DNA of 58,704 bases from an uncultured Sangeribacter sp. (GTDB lineage: Bacteria; Bacteroidota; Bacteroidia; Bacteroidales; Muribaculaceae): assembly GCA_964586465.1 (NCBI GenBank), contig CAZPHL010000002.1, forward strand, positions 1 to 58,704. The letters are read 5' to 3'. The notes beneath the pieces are model-generated. The model saw nothing but the letters and a program-made list of their open reading frames with translations, was not told the origin of the DNA and made no database searches. A program made the translations under genes and the position numbers. Position 1 is the first letter of the stretch, and each line of letters begins with the position of its first letter. Shown in pieces: positions 47,657 to 58,703 of the stretch.

Positions 47657-49396
47657 TTATCTTTTTCTCTTCTTCTTCTTGGATGAGCTCTTTTTGCTAC
47701 TACTCTTCTTAGCAGAAGATCCTGTGGATGAAGAGGCCTTAGCTTTTTTGGCGGGTATTTTCAAAGTCGCTCCTGCACGGAGAGCATCCGAGGTCATGCC
47801 GTTGGCCGCCTTCAGTTCTGCGATAGAAACTCCATATTTCTTTGAAATAGATGAGAGACTCTCACCGCTCTTGATCTTATGCGAACTTGGAGCGGCAGCT
47901 TTCGCAGTTTGTGTCTTACCTGTCTGAGAGGTCTTAGTGGTTTTCTTTGAAGAGGCAGGAGCTGACTGAGTTTGCTGACGGGTGGGAGCAGACTGAGCCA
48001 CCTCGGCATCTCCCGGTTGAGTGGTAGTGATGCGTAGCTGCTGACCCACTCTCACTGCATTACGACGGAGATTATTACTTTTCTTGATTTCAGCCGCTGT
48101 CACCCCATATTTCTCGGCAATCGAATAGAGACTTTCACCGGATGCCACCTTATGCACTATCACGGAAGGTTTCCCTTGGGCTGCTGCCAAAGCGACATCA
48201 GCCTCACCGGTATCTGTAGGCCACACCTCTGTGCCGTCAATGGCATGTAGAGCATCACTCGGCATCTCGCCCGGCTCAACGGCATCCCGCTTGGCATATT
48301 TGTCTGACTCGAAATTAAGAATATCATTTTCGCTCAGCAAATAAGCATGAATCTGCTGAGAAGGGAGGATCAAGGTGTAGGTGACTGCCTCATTGCCGGG
48401 AATAAGATCGGCACGAAACTGAGGATTCAGGATTCTTAATTCATCCACAGGAATATCCAGTACCTTTGAAATCTGGTTGAAATGCACGCGGTTTGATACC
48501 TGAAGTGTATCCATCACCAATGGTTTCACGGGCAAGACAGGAGAGATATTATGCTGCGGATAGTATTCCATCACATAGTTGGCAGCTATGAACATAGGTA
48601 CATATCCTCGTGTCTCGGCGGGAAGATAATTATAAATCGACCAGAAATCATGATCCTTTGCCTCTCCACCGGCCCTGCGTATGGCTTTATTTATTACACC
48701 GGGGCCACAGTTATAAGCAGCTATAGCCAATGACCAGTCGCCGTACATGGCATAAAGATCTTTAAGGTAGGAAGCTGCTCTTTCAGAAGCCACGTATGGA
48801 TCACGACGCTCGTCCACAAGAGAATTGACCTCCAGACCCAAACCCTTGGCTGTGCCGAGCATAAACTGCCAGAGACCGGCAGCACCGTGTTTTGACACTG
48901 CATTGGGATCAAGCCCGGACTCAACTACCGGAAGATACTTCAGTTCGAGAGGAAGTCCTTTTTCCTCAAGCGCCTGTTCAAATATAGGCATATAATAGAG
49001 GCTCAAGCCAAGAATAGCGGCGACCTGCTCCCTACCCCGTTTGGTATAGCGATCGATGTAGCTGCGTACAATCTGATTGTAGGGCATCTCTATTACAGTA
49101 GGCAATGCTGAAAGACGCTTTATCATCTCGGCATCACTAACATCTGCATCAGGCTCCGTCTCAAACCGATTGTCGGTGGCGGTATAATTCTTGATAAACC
49201 AGCTTTCACGCAATTTATGTGCATCAGCTTCAAAACTCTCAGGATACACGATGGCCTGATCTGTGATACTTGTCTTCAAGTCAAGCACATTCGGCTTCTT
49301 ATCTTTAGTGGTCTTGGCAAATCCTGCGAGAGAAGCTGCTGCAAGGAGAGCCAATAATAAATGTCTTTTCATATTATGGGGGAGAACTATAAGCAT
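47657..49396 (-). CDS. mltD: Lytic murein transglycosylase D-like protein with two LysM domains
   Basis: SLT motifs LPVVES, AAGLWQFM, AIAAYNCG, ETRGYVP; LysM HKVASGESLYSIA and HKIKSGESLSSIS; Lys/Ser tail. Start may be 49372. Confidence 0.88.
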   Translation of the reverse strand: MLIVLPHNMKRHLLLALLAAASLAGFAKTTKDKKPNVLDLKTSITDQAIVYPESFEADAHKLRESWFIKNYTATDNRFETEPDADVSDAEMIKRLSALPTVIEMPYNQIVRSYIDRYTKRGREQVAAILGLSLYYMPIFEQALEEKGLPLELKYLPVVESGLDPNAVSKHGAAGLWQFMLGTAKGLGLEVNSLVDERRDPYVASERAASYLKDLYAMYGDWSLAIAAYNCGPGVINKAIRRAGGEAKDHDFWSIYNYLPAETRGYVPMFIAANYVMEYYPQHNISPVLPVKPLVMDTLQVSNRVHFNQISKVLDIPVDELRILNPQFRADLIPGNEAVTYTLILPSQQIHAYLLSENDILNFESDKYAKRDAVEPGEMPSDALHAIDGTEVWPTDTGEADVALAAAQGKPSVIVHKVASGESLYSIAEKYGVTAAEIKKSNNLRRNAVRVGQQLRITTTQPGDAEVAQSAPTRQQTQSAPASSKKTTKTSQTGKTQTAKAAAPSSHKIKSGESLSSISKKYGVSIAELKAANGMTSDALRAGATLKIPAKKAKASSSTGSSAKKSSSKKSSSKKKKRKR

Positions 49397-50112
49397 TAAA
49401 AGTTAAAAGCCCAATTGATACCCAGGCTGATCTTACGGTCGGAGGGATCTACCATCATAGCCGGACTCCAGTCTACCGACAGGTCGGGAGATATATCGAA
49501 ATGAGCGAGAGAGGCGTCAACGTAGGCATCCACCATGCATAACATATACATACCTACAAGACAGATTATGCATAAGTCGCGGTTGCGGCGATAGAAATCA
49601 CGGCGTGAACGCATTACATTGGTGAGCCATGTCTTGTCAAGATCCTCTTCCTTTGTGGTGGAGGGGAAAAAATTCATGTAAGAGTTGGTGGCCGGATCAT
49701 TGTCCATCAGGTCACGATAGGCCTGGGTGTACTCTGTGAGTTGATTATTGTTCCAGCTGGTTGCATAACCGAGCCCCATGAATCCACCCACCACTATTGG
49801 CAGCTTCCAATAACGACGATTGTAGACCTGACCTAATCCGGGGAAGAGAGCCGAGAGCCACACTGCCCTGTCGGGAGAGGGATTGAATATTTTCTTTCCG
49901 TCAAGCCCGTATGGTGAATGTTCGTCCACAACCACCGTAGGCACCGTATCCGCAGCCGCATCATATCCATAGTCGTCAGCCGGAGCGCGCACAAGCATAT
50001 CTGCATCCAGATAGACAGTAGAATCAGGCGGTACAGTGGCGGGCTGAGCCTTAGGCAGGTCAGGCGACATTATCGCTATCAGTAATAATAGAAGTATGGC
50101 TTGTAATTTCAT
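49396..50112 (-). CDS. DUF5683-family protein
   Basis: AVWLSALFPGLGQVYNRRYWKLPIV and DAYVDA.L..FD; sits between parB and mltD. Confidence 0.8.
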   Translation of the reverse strand: MKLQAILLLLLIAIMSPDLPKAQPATVPPDSTVYLDADMLVRAPADDYGYDAAADTVPTVVVDEHSPYGLDGKKIFNPSPDRAVWLSALFPGLGQVYNRRYWKLPIVVGGFMGLGYATSWNNNQLTEYTQAYRDLMDNDPATNSYMNFFPSTTKEEDLDKTWLTNVMRSRRDFYRRNRDLCIICLVGMYMLCMVDAYVDASLAHFDISPDLSVDWSPAMMVDPSDRKISLGINWAFNF

Positions 50113-50122
50113 AGAGTCCAGG

Positions 50123-51004
50123 TCAGGTATTCTTCATCTTCTCGAAAAGCTCAACAAGCTGCTGCAGCTCCTCGTCAGAAGCGAATTTAAATGTTATTGA
50201 TCCTTTGCCGTCAGCTGTGCGGGCAAACTTCACAGGAGTGGGAGAAAAATCGGAAAGACTGTGGGCAAAAAGGTCGAAACGTCCGTTATCCCTTTTTACC
50301 TTTTCCGGCTTTTGTTCGATGGGGAGCTGTTCAGCTCCGAGCTGACGCGCCATTTCCTCAACCCGGCGCACAGAGAGACCCTCTTTTATAATCTGATTGT
50401 AGAGATCAAGCTGTGCTTTGGGGTCGGCCACTGAAAGGAGAGCCCGCGCATGACCCATATCAAGCTTCCGGTCGCGCAGACCGAGCTGAATTTCTGCCGG
50501 CAGTTTGAGAAGACGGAGATGATTGGCTATGGTGGTGCGTTTCTTTCCTATGCGTTCCGAAAGACGGTCTTGTGTGAGATGATATGTATCGATGAGCTTC
50601 CGGAAAGCCAAGGCCACCTCTATAGCGTTGAGATCCTCACGTTGTATATTTTCTATCAGCGCCATCTCCGTCACTTCAGAATCGGAGACTGTGCGTATGT
50701 AAGCCGGCACTGTCTGAAGGCCGGCCATGCGGGCGGCACGCCAACGTCTTTCTCCCGCGATTATCTGATAAGTGCCGTCGCCGGCATCACGCAACGACAA
50801 AGGTTGAACTATGCCCAATTCACGGATGGAATTGGCCAGTTCGTCAAGTGTCTCCTCGTTGAAGATGCGACGCGGTTGCTCCGGGTTAGGATAAATGAGG
50901 TCAAGCTCTATCTCATTTATTGCCGACGATCCGCCGGTCTGTATGTCGTTCATTGAGATAAGCGAATCGAGGCCACGTCCCAATGCATTTCGTTTCAATG
51001 CCAT
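50123..51004 (-). CDS. parB: Chromosome partitioning protein ParB
   Basis: LGRGLDSL, NPEQPR, IIAGERRWRA, ENIQREDL, HTH, GHARALL. Confidence 0.95.
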   Translation of the reverse strand: MALKRNALGRGLDSLISMNDIQTGGSSAINEIELDLIYPNPEQPRRIFNEETLDELANSIRELGIVQPLSLRDAGDGTYQIIAGERRWRAARMAGLQTVPAYIRTVSDSEVTEMALIENIQREDLNAIEVALAFRKLIDTYHLTQDRLSERIGKKRTTIANHLRLLKLPAEIQLGLRDRKLDMGHARALLSVADPKAQLDLYNQIIKEGLSVRRVEEMARQLGAEQLPIEQKPEKVKRDNGRFDLFAHSLSDFSPTPVKFARTADGKGSITFKFASDEELQQLVELFEKMKNT

Positions 51005-51051
51005 TCGTTATCCGGTATTTGTATCTTGGCTGTTATTGTTGAAATAAATGA

Positions 51052-51828
51052 TCAGCTTCTCTTTCGGCGGTTGCGCGCTATGACTTCCTTACTCAGCTGA
51101 CCGTAAGCGATAGAGCCGCGGCTCTCCGGATCATACAATATCACAGGCAACCCGTGGCTTGGAGATTCCGAAAGCTTGATGTTGCGCGGGATGACCGTTG
51201 TGAAAACCATATCCCCGAAATGTCCCTTGAGTTCCTCGAAAATCTGGTTGGCCAGACGCAGACGGGCGTCATACATTGTCAGCAGGAAGCCCTCTATCTC
51301 CAGAGATGGTTTCAGACGGCTTTTTATGATTCTGATAGTGTTGAGCAACTGTGAGATGCCCTCCAACGCGAAATATTCCGCCTGCACAGGTATAATCACG
51401 GAGTCAGCCGCAGTAAGAGCATTGACAGTAATCACACCTAATGACGGACTGCAGTCGATCAATATGAAATCGTAGTCCTCTTTGAGTGGCTCAAGCACCT
51501 TTAACAAGGCCTTCTCCCGGTCACGGCGGTTCATCAGTTCCACCTCCGCGCCTACAAGATCTATGCGTGAGCAGATTATGCTCAATCCCTCGACACAGGT
51601 GGGAAGTATGGCATTACGGGCATCCTGTCCGTCAACAAGACATTCATAGATGGATATCTCCGACTGATCGGCATCCACTCCTAATCCTGATGTGGCATTA
51701 GCCTGGGGATCTGCGTCCACAAGCAGAACCTTTTTACCGTCTGTAGCCAGACAGGCCCCTAAATTGAAAGCTGTCGTGGTTTTTCCGACGCCTCCTTTTT
51801 GATTGGCGATAGCTATGATTTTACCCAT
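51052..51828 (-). CDS. parA: Chromosome partitioning ATPase ParA/Soj
   Basis: NQKGGVGKTTT, DADPQANAT, IDCSPSLG, PVQAEYFALEG. Confidence 0.95.
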   Translation of the reverse strand: MGKIIAIANQKGGVGKTTTAFNLGACLATDGKKVLLVDADPQANATSGLGVDADQSEISIYECLVDGQDARNAILPTCVEGLSIICSRIDLVGAEVELMNRRDREKALLKVLEPLKEDYDFILIDCSPSLGVITVNALTAADSVIIPVQAEYFALEGISQLLNTIRIIKSRLKPSLEIEGFLLTMYDARLRLANQIFEELKGHFGDMVFTTVIPRNIKLSESPSHGLPVILYDPESRGSIAYGQLSKEVIARNRRKRS

Positions 51829-51965
51829 TGCTCTCTTTCTGATTAATATAATCCGCTATGGTTTCGGCCATGCGAACGATGTTTCATATCGTTTTGGATT
51901 GCAAAGTAATAACTTTTCTTTGACAATTCACAATTTTTCGTATTAAAGAGTCTTAACAAATTACT

Positions 51966-53339
51966 TTAATCTGCTTTCAGGCTCACTTTCCTCTTCAATG
52001 TGTGGCGGAACACACAGATAAGAAGCACGGCCGCTACTGTCAAGGCGCCTGAAAAGCTATAATAGACACCACGGGTCTCCAACTCGAGACCCAATGCCAT
52101 CCATAACATCAGAGGAATCCCTACGACAATATATGACAACAGAGCGATCCATAACAGAGGTTTTACTTCTGAAGTGCCCCGTAGGGCGTTGACGTATGTC
52201 AGTTGTGTGCCGTCGCAATACTGATAGAGGATCATTGGCGCCACCAGCAACAGGGCATATACGGTTACATCCTGACTGGGAGTAAAGAGATGAACAAGGT
52301 CATCTGCAAAGAAATAGAATACTATCGAAGCCAAGGTTGCCAACAAAAGCACTATATGAAGACCGGCCTTGGTGATATGTCGGATGCCCGGGATGTCGCC
52401 TACACCAGTGAAATTGGCTACTCTGATGGAGGTAGCTACTCCAAAACTCATGTAAATCATGAACCCTAACTGGGAAATAGTATTCATAACCTGATAGGAA
52501 GCCAACTGTATTTTTCCAAACCAGCCGCTTACAACTGCACCGAATGACCATAAGCCACATTCCACGCCGCTCTGTATCATCAAAGGATAACTGGTGACCC
52601 ATACACGATAACGACGTGTCTTCCCCGCATGTAGGCCACACATGGCTTTCCAATACACTTTATAACGCTTCCTTACGGCAATCACCACTACAATCGCGAC
52701 CGCTCCCAGTGTACGGGCCACCAACGTGCTTATCCCTGCTCCGCGCAATCCCAATTCAGGACAGCCCCATTTACCGAATATCAGCATATAATTGCCTAAG
52801 ATGTTCAACACATCTGCTCCGAGGATTATCCACATGGGGGTAGCCGTATCGGTTGTGCCGTTGGCCGTCTGTTGAATACAATTGAACACCGCCATCGGTA
52901 TGATGGTCCATAAGATGATCAGATAATAATCTCTGGCTATCGGCATGAGCTCCGGATCCTGGCCGAAATGGTCAAGAATAAAATAGATTCCGCCCATCAC
53001 CCCCGTAAAGATCAGAGCAAGAATAAGATTCATCTGAAGAGCGGCACGCAGCATCACTCCCCCTTCCTTGTGATCACCCCGGCCATACAGCGCTCCGATA
53101 ATCGGGGTCACTCCGCCGGCAAAGCCTATCAGCATCACTGTCACCACGAAATAAAGGCTGTTGACAAAGGCTGCCGCCGCCAACTCGTTGACACCGTATG
53201 CACCGATCATCATGGTGTCGGCGAAACTCACAAGAATGATTCCTATCTGCGTCACCAATACCGGCAATCCAAGCCTGAACAGACTCAGATAAGCCTTCCC
53301 GTAGGTCTCAGGTTTTAACTTTTGTATGATGCCATTCAT
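51966..53339 (-). CDS. MATE-family efflux transporter (NorM-like)
   Basis: About 12 TMs; FADTMMIG, LIFGKWGCPELGLRGAGIST; TAAATTTG promoter element at 53426-53419. Confidence 0.9.
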   Translation of the reverse strand: MNGIIQKLKPETYGKAYLSLFRLGLPVLVTQIGIILVSFADTMMIGAYGVNELAAAAFVNSLYFVVTVMLIGFAGGVTPIIGALYGRGDHKEGGVMLRAALQMNLILALIFTGVMGGIYFILDHFGQDPELMPIARDYYLIILWTIIPMAVFNCIQQTANGTTDTATPMWIILGADVLNILGNYMLIFGKWGCPELGLRGAGISTLVARTLGAVAIVVVIAVRKRYKVYWKAMCGLHAGKTRRYRVWVTSYPLMIQSGVECGLWSFGAVVSGWFGKIQLASYQVMNTISQLGFMIYMSFGVATSIRVANFTGVGDIPGIRHITKAGLHIVLLLATLASIVFYFFADDLVHLFTPSQDVTVYALLLVAPMILYQYCDGTQLTYVNALRGTSEVKPLLWIALLSYIVVGIPLMLWMALGLELETRGVYYSFSGALTVAAVLLICVFRHTLKRKVSLKAD

Positions 53340-53709
53340 TGCGTATGATGTTTCTCATAAAAATCTCATAAGTCCTATATGTCTTCTCTAATATTATGGC
53401 TCAAAGACTTTTCTTTTGCAAATTTAGCCATTTCCGATGACTTGACCAAACTCCCCGCCTGTCAATAAAGTCTGTAAGGTTTTAATTACCCACACGTTTC
53501 ACAATTAATCTACAGGTTTTACACCTTTCATGACTGTTACCTCAATTTTTAATTGTCAACCGGCATTCTTATCTTTTTTTAAGGTTTATGATGTTAAAAT
53601 TAAACAAAAAGCTTTTAATTTTGTAATCTTTTCAGAGGGGTTTACTGCATACACCTATCCGGATTTACCGGTTAATCTTCCATATTCTTTCCCTCATCCA
53701 CTAAAAAGT

Positions 53710-55140
53710 ATGAAAAAAATATACTTATTATTCGTTCTCGCAGCACCTGCATTATCGGCCACAGCCTCCGTCACACTTGATTCCTGTCGTAATATGGCGG
53801 TGAGGAACAATAAGACAATTCGTATGGCTGAGGAAAATCTCCGGAGTGCCGAGTATTACAAAAAAGCTGCCCACTCAGCCTATCTCCCGGGAATTGACTT
53901 CACCGGCACTTACATGTATAATCAACATGAAATCCGACTGCTCGGTGAAGACGCAAAGCTACCTACAATGAGTTTTGACCCTGCCACACAGTCGTATCAA
54001 TATAATATTCTTAAAGATCCTTCAGGCAAGCCGATCACTGACCCGTCGACCGGAAGCATGATTCCTACCGAAGTAGCCGTGATACCCAAAGAGGCCATGA
54101 GTTATGACGTACATAATGTATTCGCCGGGGCTATTACCCTTACTCAACCTATATTCATGGGCGGCCAGATAAGGGCCTTGAACGAAATCGCAGGATACGG
54201 GGAACTGCTCGCCAAAGCTTCACGCAACAGTCTTACCCAAGATGTGGTATTCGCTGTAGATGAAGCCTACTGGCTTGTGGTGTCGCTCAGGGAGAAACAA
54301 AGACTCGCGGACAGTTTTGTAAATCTTGTCGACACATTGCGCTATAACGTGCAGGCTATGCTTGATGAGGGTGTGGCTACTAAAAGCGACCTGCTGACGG
54401 TAGAGGTGGCTTTAAATGAAGCGAAGATCGCACAGACGAAAGTAGGCAACGGCCTTACTCTTTCACGCATGGCTCTTGCCCAACTTTGCGGACTACCCGT
54501 AAACACCCGGATGGAACTTCGTGACGAGGAACTGAGAAACGCCTATTCGGCTACACAACCGAAGGAAATCAACTTGCAGGAGGTATATTCACGCAGGCAA
54601 GATCTTGAAATCATACGCCAGGGAATAAATATGCTACAAAGCCGTGAGAAACTCGCTATGGGCGAGATGCTTCCCAAAATTGCTCTTGTCGGAGCCTATT
54701 CTTTCTCAAATCCCAACGTAATCGACGGTTTTGAAAAACGCTTCGGCGGAGGATTTTCTGTAGGAGCCGCCGTGACAATTCCTTTATGGCATTGGGGAGG
54801 GAATTACAACCGATACAGAGCGGCCAAAGCTAACACCACTGCAAGCCGCCTGATGCTTGAGGACACGGAAGAAAAGGTGTCTCTCCAGGTGAGCCAGGCA
54901 CAGTTCAGCTTTGACGAGGCAAAAAAAACCTACACAATGACTGTCACCAATCTTGATAAGGCCGACGAGAATCTGCGTCAGGCACAAATAGCGTTCAGGG
55001 AAGGGGTTATGACCACCAACGATGTGATAGGGGCGCAGACCGCTTGGTTAAAAGCCAATTCTGAGAAAATCGATGCTGAAATCGGCATCCGTCTCTGTGA
55101 GACTTATCTCGCCAAAGTGCTCGGCAACCTGATTTATTAA
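53710..55140 (+). CDS. TolC-family outer-membrane efflux protein
   Basis: Signal peptide from MKKIYLL (ATG 53710, in frame with the longer ORF from 53530); AYLP, LTQPIFMGG, VTIPLWHWG. Confidence 0.88.
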   Translation: MKKIYLLFVLAAPALSATASVTLDSCRNMAVRNNKTIRMAEENLRSAEYYKKAAHSAYLPGIDFTGTYMYNQHEIRLLGEDAKLPTMSFDPATQSYQYNILKDPSGKPITDPSTGSMIPTEVAVIPKEAMSYDVHNVFAGAITLTQPIFMGGQIRALNEIAGYGELLAKASRNSLTQDVVFAVDEAYWLVVSLREKQRLADSFVNLVDTLRYNVQAMLDEGVATKSDLLTVEVALNEAKIAQTKVGNGLTLSRMALAQLCGLPVNTRMELRDEELRNAYSATQPKEINLQEVYSRRQDLEIIRQGINMLQSREKLAMGEMLPKIALVGAYSFSNPNVIDGFEKRFGGGFSVGAAVTIPLWHWGGNYNRYRAAKANTTASRLMLEDTEEKVSLQVSQAQFSFDEAKKTYTMTVTNLDKADENLRQAQIAFREGVMTTNDVIGAQTAWLKANSEKIDAEIGIRLCETYLAKVLGNLIY

Positions 55141-55246
55141 TATCATCAACCGCTTGATTTATTAATAGACTCTTCCACTTATTAACTTCCCTTAAGTTTC
55201 AAATCGAATCATATTCTTCACAATTGAAAAAATTATTTCTACCACT

Positions 55247-56290
55247 ATGGCAACTAATGATATAAAAACCGTTACTTCCTCTCAGGCCACCTCAGATGAG
55301 AATGCCGTTACCAAAAAAGACCGTATGCTCATCCTCACAATAGTGATCGTGCTCCTCGTTCTCGCTGCTCTCGCGGTATTCGGCTTCCTGGCAATCAAGC
55401 AGGGTCCCGACACAGTGCAGGGTCAGGCAGATGCAACTGAAATACGCATCTCCGGCAAGCTCCCGGGACGTGTGACCGAGATTTTTGTGGAGGAGGGTAC
55501 CAAAGTTAAGACCGGTGACACACTCGTAAGAATCAAATCCACACTCGTAGATGCCCGTCTCGGTCAGGCGGAGGCAATGGAAAATGCCGCAGCCGCCGCG
55601 AATAAAAAGATTGATGCCGGAACTCGCTCCCAAATCATTCAAGGAGCCTTTGAAATTTATCAGCAGGCCAAAGCCGCTTCCGGGATAGCGAAAAAAACTT
55701 ACGACCGTATGGAGAACCTCTTTGCCAAAGGTGTGATCAGCGAACAGAAACGTGACGAGGCCAAGGCAGCTTATCAGGCAGCCACAGCCGGAGAAGCAGC
55801 CGCTAAAAGTCAGTATGAACTTGCAAAAGCCGGTGCACAGAAAGAGGATAAGGAAGCTGCCCTCGCTATGGTGAATGTCGCCAAGGGCAGTGTGAACGAA
55901 GTCAATGCCCTCCTCGAAGACCAGTATCTCGTGGCTCCGTGTGATGGTGAAATCACTACAATCTATCCTCACGTTTCGGAACTCGTAGCTACAGGCGCAC
56001 CCATAATGTCACTCCAGAAAAATGACCACTGGGTAGTGTTCAATGTGCGTGAAACACTTCTGAAAGACATCACTCTCGGCACCAAACTGAAAGTTAGAAT
56101 CCCTGCCCTCGACAAAGAGGAGGAGGTAAAGGTATATTATATTAAAGACCTCGGCACCTACGCCAACTGGCAAGCTACCAAATCTACCGGCGACTTCGAT
56201 GCCCGTACATTCCAGATCAAAGCACGTCCTGAAAAAAATATTGAGAACCTTCGTCCGGGTATGTCGGTGATTCTTGAGGGACAAAAATAA
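55247..56290 (+). CDS. HlyD-family membrane fusion protein
   Basis: N-terminal TM, ISGKLPGRV..IFVEEG..VKTGD, APCDGEI, LRPGMSV. Confidence 0.9.
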   Translation: MATNDIKTVTSSQATSDENAVTKKDRMLILTIVIVLLVLAALAVFGFLAIKQGPDTVQGQADATEIRISGKLPGRVTEIFVEEGTKVKTGDTLVRIKSTLVDARLGQAEAMENAAAAANKKIDAGTRSQIIQGAFEIYQQAKAASGIAKKTYDRMENLFAKGVISEQKRDEAKAAYQAATAGEAAAKSQYELAKAGAQKEDKEAALAMVNVAKGSVNEVNALLEDQYLVAPCDGEITTIYPHVSELVATGAPIMSLQKNDHWVVFNVRETLLKDITLGTKLKVRIPALDKEEEVKVYYIKDLGTYANWQATKSTGDFDARTFQIKARPEKNIENLRPGMSVILEGQK

Positions 56291-56312
56291 TCACCTTCAG
56301 TCTATCTGAGTT

Positions 56313-57467
56313 ATGAAAGCTATTTTCATAAGAAGCATACTCCAGATTGTGAGAAGGCCCATCTATTGGTTGGCCTTCTTCATCCTGCCTCTATTCTGCT
56401 TCCTTTTCCTAACCAATCTGATGGATAACGGGTTGCCGATAAAGGTGCCGGCTGCTATGGTCGATAAAGACGGCTCATCTATCTCCCGTTCCGTAACCCA
56501 GCAATTGGCAGGAATGGAGATGGTGGACCTTGTGGACAACTGCAACAGTTTCACAGAAGCACGTCAGCAGATGCAGGAGGGTAAGATTTTCGGTTACTTC
56601 CTCATACCGGAAGATTACCAGCAAGATCTCCTCGCAGGGCGTAAGCCGGTGATAACCTTCTACACCAATATGACCTATTTTGTGCCCGGCTCACTTCTTT
56701 TCAAGACTTTCAAGACCACAGCACTCTACACGAAGGCGGGAATTGCCTTAAACGTGTTGGAAGCTGCCGTTGGAGCTACTGAAGATGAGGTGACACCTTT
56801 GATGCTACCTATCAACATCGAGGCACGTGCCATACATAACCCGGGTATGAATTACGCAATTTATTTGTGTAATTCGTTCATTCCTTGTGTGCTTCAGCTG
56901 ATGATTTTCCTTGTCACCTGCTTCTCTTTGGGTCAGGAAATTAAATATGGCACCTCCGTCAAGCTTCTTCGTATGGCAAACGGGTCAATCGTCAAGGCGT
57001 TAGCTGCCAAACTTCTCCCCCAAACCATAATTTGGCTCGTAGTGGCTATATTTATGGAATCGTGGTTGTATAAGATAAACGGCTATCCTGTCTATGGGTC
57101 TTGGTTTTGGCTCACCGTTTCTGAAGTGATGTATGTATTCGCCTGTCAAGGCTGCGCGATATTCTTCTTCGGTGTCCTTCCCAGCCTTCGTCTGTCGCTC
57201 TCCGTGTCGGCACTCTTGGGTATCCTCTCCTTCTCAATCGCCGCCTTCTCCTTCCCTGTAGAGAGTATGTACACCTCAATCGGCATATTCAGTTGGATTC
57301 TTCCGATAAGATATAACTTCCTTATCTATATCGATCAAGCCCTTGACGGAGTGCATATCTATTATTCACGAATATGGTTTGTGGCCTACATCATCTTTAT
57401 GCTCCTCCCCTTCACGATGCTTTGGCGTATAAAGAGAGAGATGGCAAAACCGGTATATGCCCCCTAA
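56313..57467 (+). CDS. ABC-2 type transporter permease
   Basis: VDKDGSSISR, IPEDY, NPGMNY, multi-TM C-terminus with AFSFP. Confidence 0.85.
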   Translation: MKAIFIRSILQIVRRPIYWLAFFILPLFCFLFLTNLMDNGLPIKVPAAMVDKDGSSISRSVTQQLAGMEMVDLVDNCNSFTEARQQMQEGKIFGYFLIPEDYQQDLLAGRKPVITFYTNMTYFVPGSLLFKTFKTTALYTKAGIALNVLEAAVGATEDEVTPLMLPINIEARAIHNPGMNYAIYLCNSFIPCVLQLMIFLVTCFSLGQEIKYGTSVKLLRMANGSIVKALAAKLLPQTIIWLVVAIFMESWLYKINGYPVYGSWFWLTVSEVMYVFACQGCAIFFFGVLPSLRLSLSVSALLGILSFSIAAFSFPVESMYTSIGIFSWILPIRYNFLIYIDQALDGVHIYYSRIWFVAYIIFMLLPFTMLWRIKREMAKPVYAP

Positions 57468-57479
57468 ACAGTAACAGCT

Positions 57480-58703
57480 ATGTGGAAATATATAAAATCA
57501 AAAATCCGCCAGTTTTTGGAGGTATATTGCCGTGAGTTTAAATTAGTGCTTCACGATCAGGGACTCATAATATTCTTCCTTTTCCTTCCGCTGGCTTATC
57601 CGGTGGTCTACTCACTTATCTATAATCCCGAACAGGTGAGAGACCTGAAGATGATTGTGGTTGACCACGATCGCAGCAGCATGAGCCGCGAACTCGTGCG
57701 TAATCTCGACGCTACACAGGAGATTTGGGTAATTGGGTATGCCCCCGACCTTCTTGAAGCACGTCGAGGGATGGACGACAAGAAATGTTTCGGTATTCTT
57801 GAGATTCCCGAGGGCTTCGGTCAAAAAATCGGCAGAGGTGAGCAAGCCAACGCTGCCCTATTCTGTGAGGCGAGTCTTCTGCTCCGCTATCGTTCTTTCC
57901 TCGTGGCAAGCACCAACGTATCGCAAGCTATGGGTGCAGAAATCTTAACCGAGAAAATCAATAATATCGCTCCGCTTGCAACCACCATTACTGATGGCGA
58001 CCTCATGCCTATAGAGTATGTGCCGATGGGCAATATCGAGAGCGGTTTTGACTCTTTCATTATGCCCGGTGTGCTTATCCTCATCTTGCAACAGAGCATT
58101 ATTTTGGCTGCCGGAATGGCGGGAGGTGCAAAGAGGGAACGTCCGGAGCTTATCGGCTACAACGGTGTCAACGAAACTCCCAGCGTATGTATGACAATGT
58201 TCGGCCAGATGATGTGTTACATTACAATCATGTCACTCCCCATCATTTACCTCACCCACTACGTCCCGCTTATGTTCTCCTTTCCAATGGCAGGCAATTT
58301 CCTTGAAATCATGGCTTTTCTTCTTCCTCTGTTCATTGCGTCGGTAGCTCTCGGTTTCTGTGTGCAAGGAATTGTATGGGAACGTGAATCAATATTCGTG
58401 ATATGGGTTGTCACATCGGTGATCTTCCTCTTCCTCTCCGGACTCACTTGGCCCCGCTACGCAATGTCACCCTTCTGGCACTTTGTCAGCGACTGTGTAC
58501 CCGCCACATGGGGTGTAGAAGGATTTATCCGCATGAATGCCAACGGGGCTTCGCTTGCTCAGGTAAGCGGTGATTACATACATCTCTGGATTCTCGCGGG
58601 AGTATATCTCGTATTGGCTTATTGTATACAGAGATGGATAGTACGGCCCTCGATTTACGGACACGATAAAGCTTATGAAAAAATACGCCGCGAATCAATT
58701 TAA
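57480..58703 (+). CDS. ABC-2 type transporter permease
   Basis: VVDHDRSSMSR, IPEGF, FLSGLTWP; TAA at 58701-58703. Confidence 0.85.
   Translation: MWKYIKSKIRQFLEVYCREFKLVLHDQGLIIFFLFLPLAYPVVYSLIYNPEQVRDLKMIVVDHDRSSMSRELVRNLDATQEIWVIGYAPDLLEARRGMDDKKCFGILEIPEGFGQKIGRGEQANAALFCEASLLLRYRSFLVASTNVSQAMGAEILTEKINNIAPLATTITDGDLMPIEYVPMGNIESGFDSFIMPGVLILILQQSIILAAGMAGGAKRERPELIGYNGVNETPSVCMTMFGQMMCYITIMSLPIIYLTHYVPLMFSFPMAGNFLEIMAFLLPLFIASVALGFCVQGIVWERESIFVIWVVTSVIFLFLSGLTWPRYAMSPFWHFVSDCVPATWGVEGFIRMNANGASLAQVSGDYIHLWILAGVYLVLAYCIQRWIVRPSIYGHDKAYEKIRRESI

Noticed and set aside
51829-51965. parS site near parA (TGTTTCATATCG)
   Set aside because: Only a partial half-site resembles TGTTTCACGTGAAACA; the parS palindrome is not present.
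53530-53709. 60-aa N-terminal extension of the TolC ORF
   Set aside because: The signal peptide begins at ATG 53710; the upstream part is AT-rich promoter sequence.
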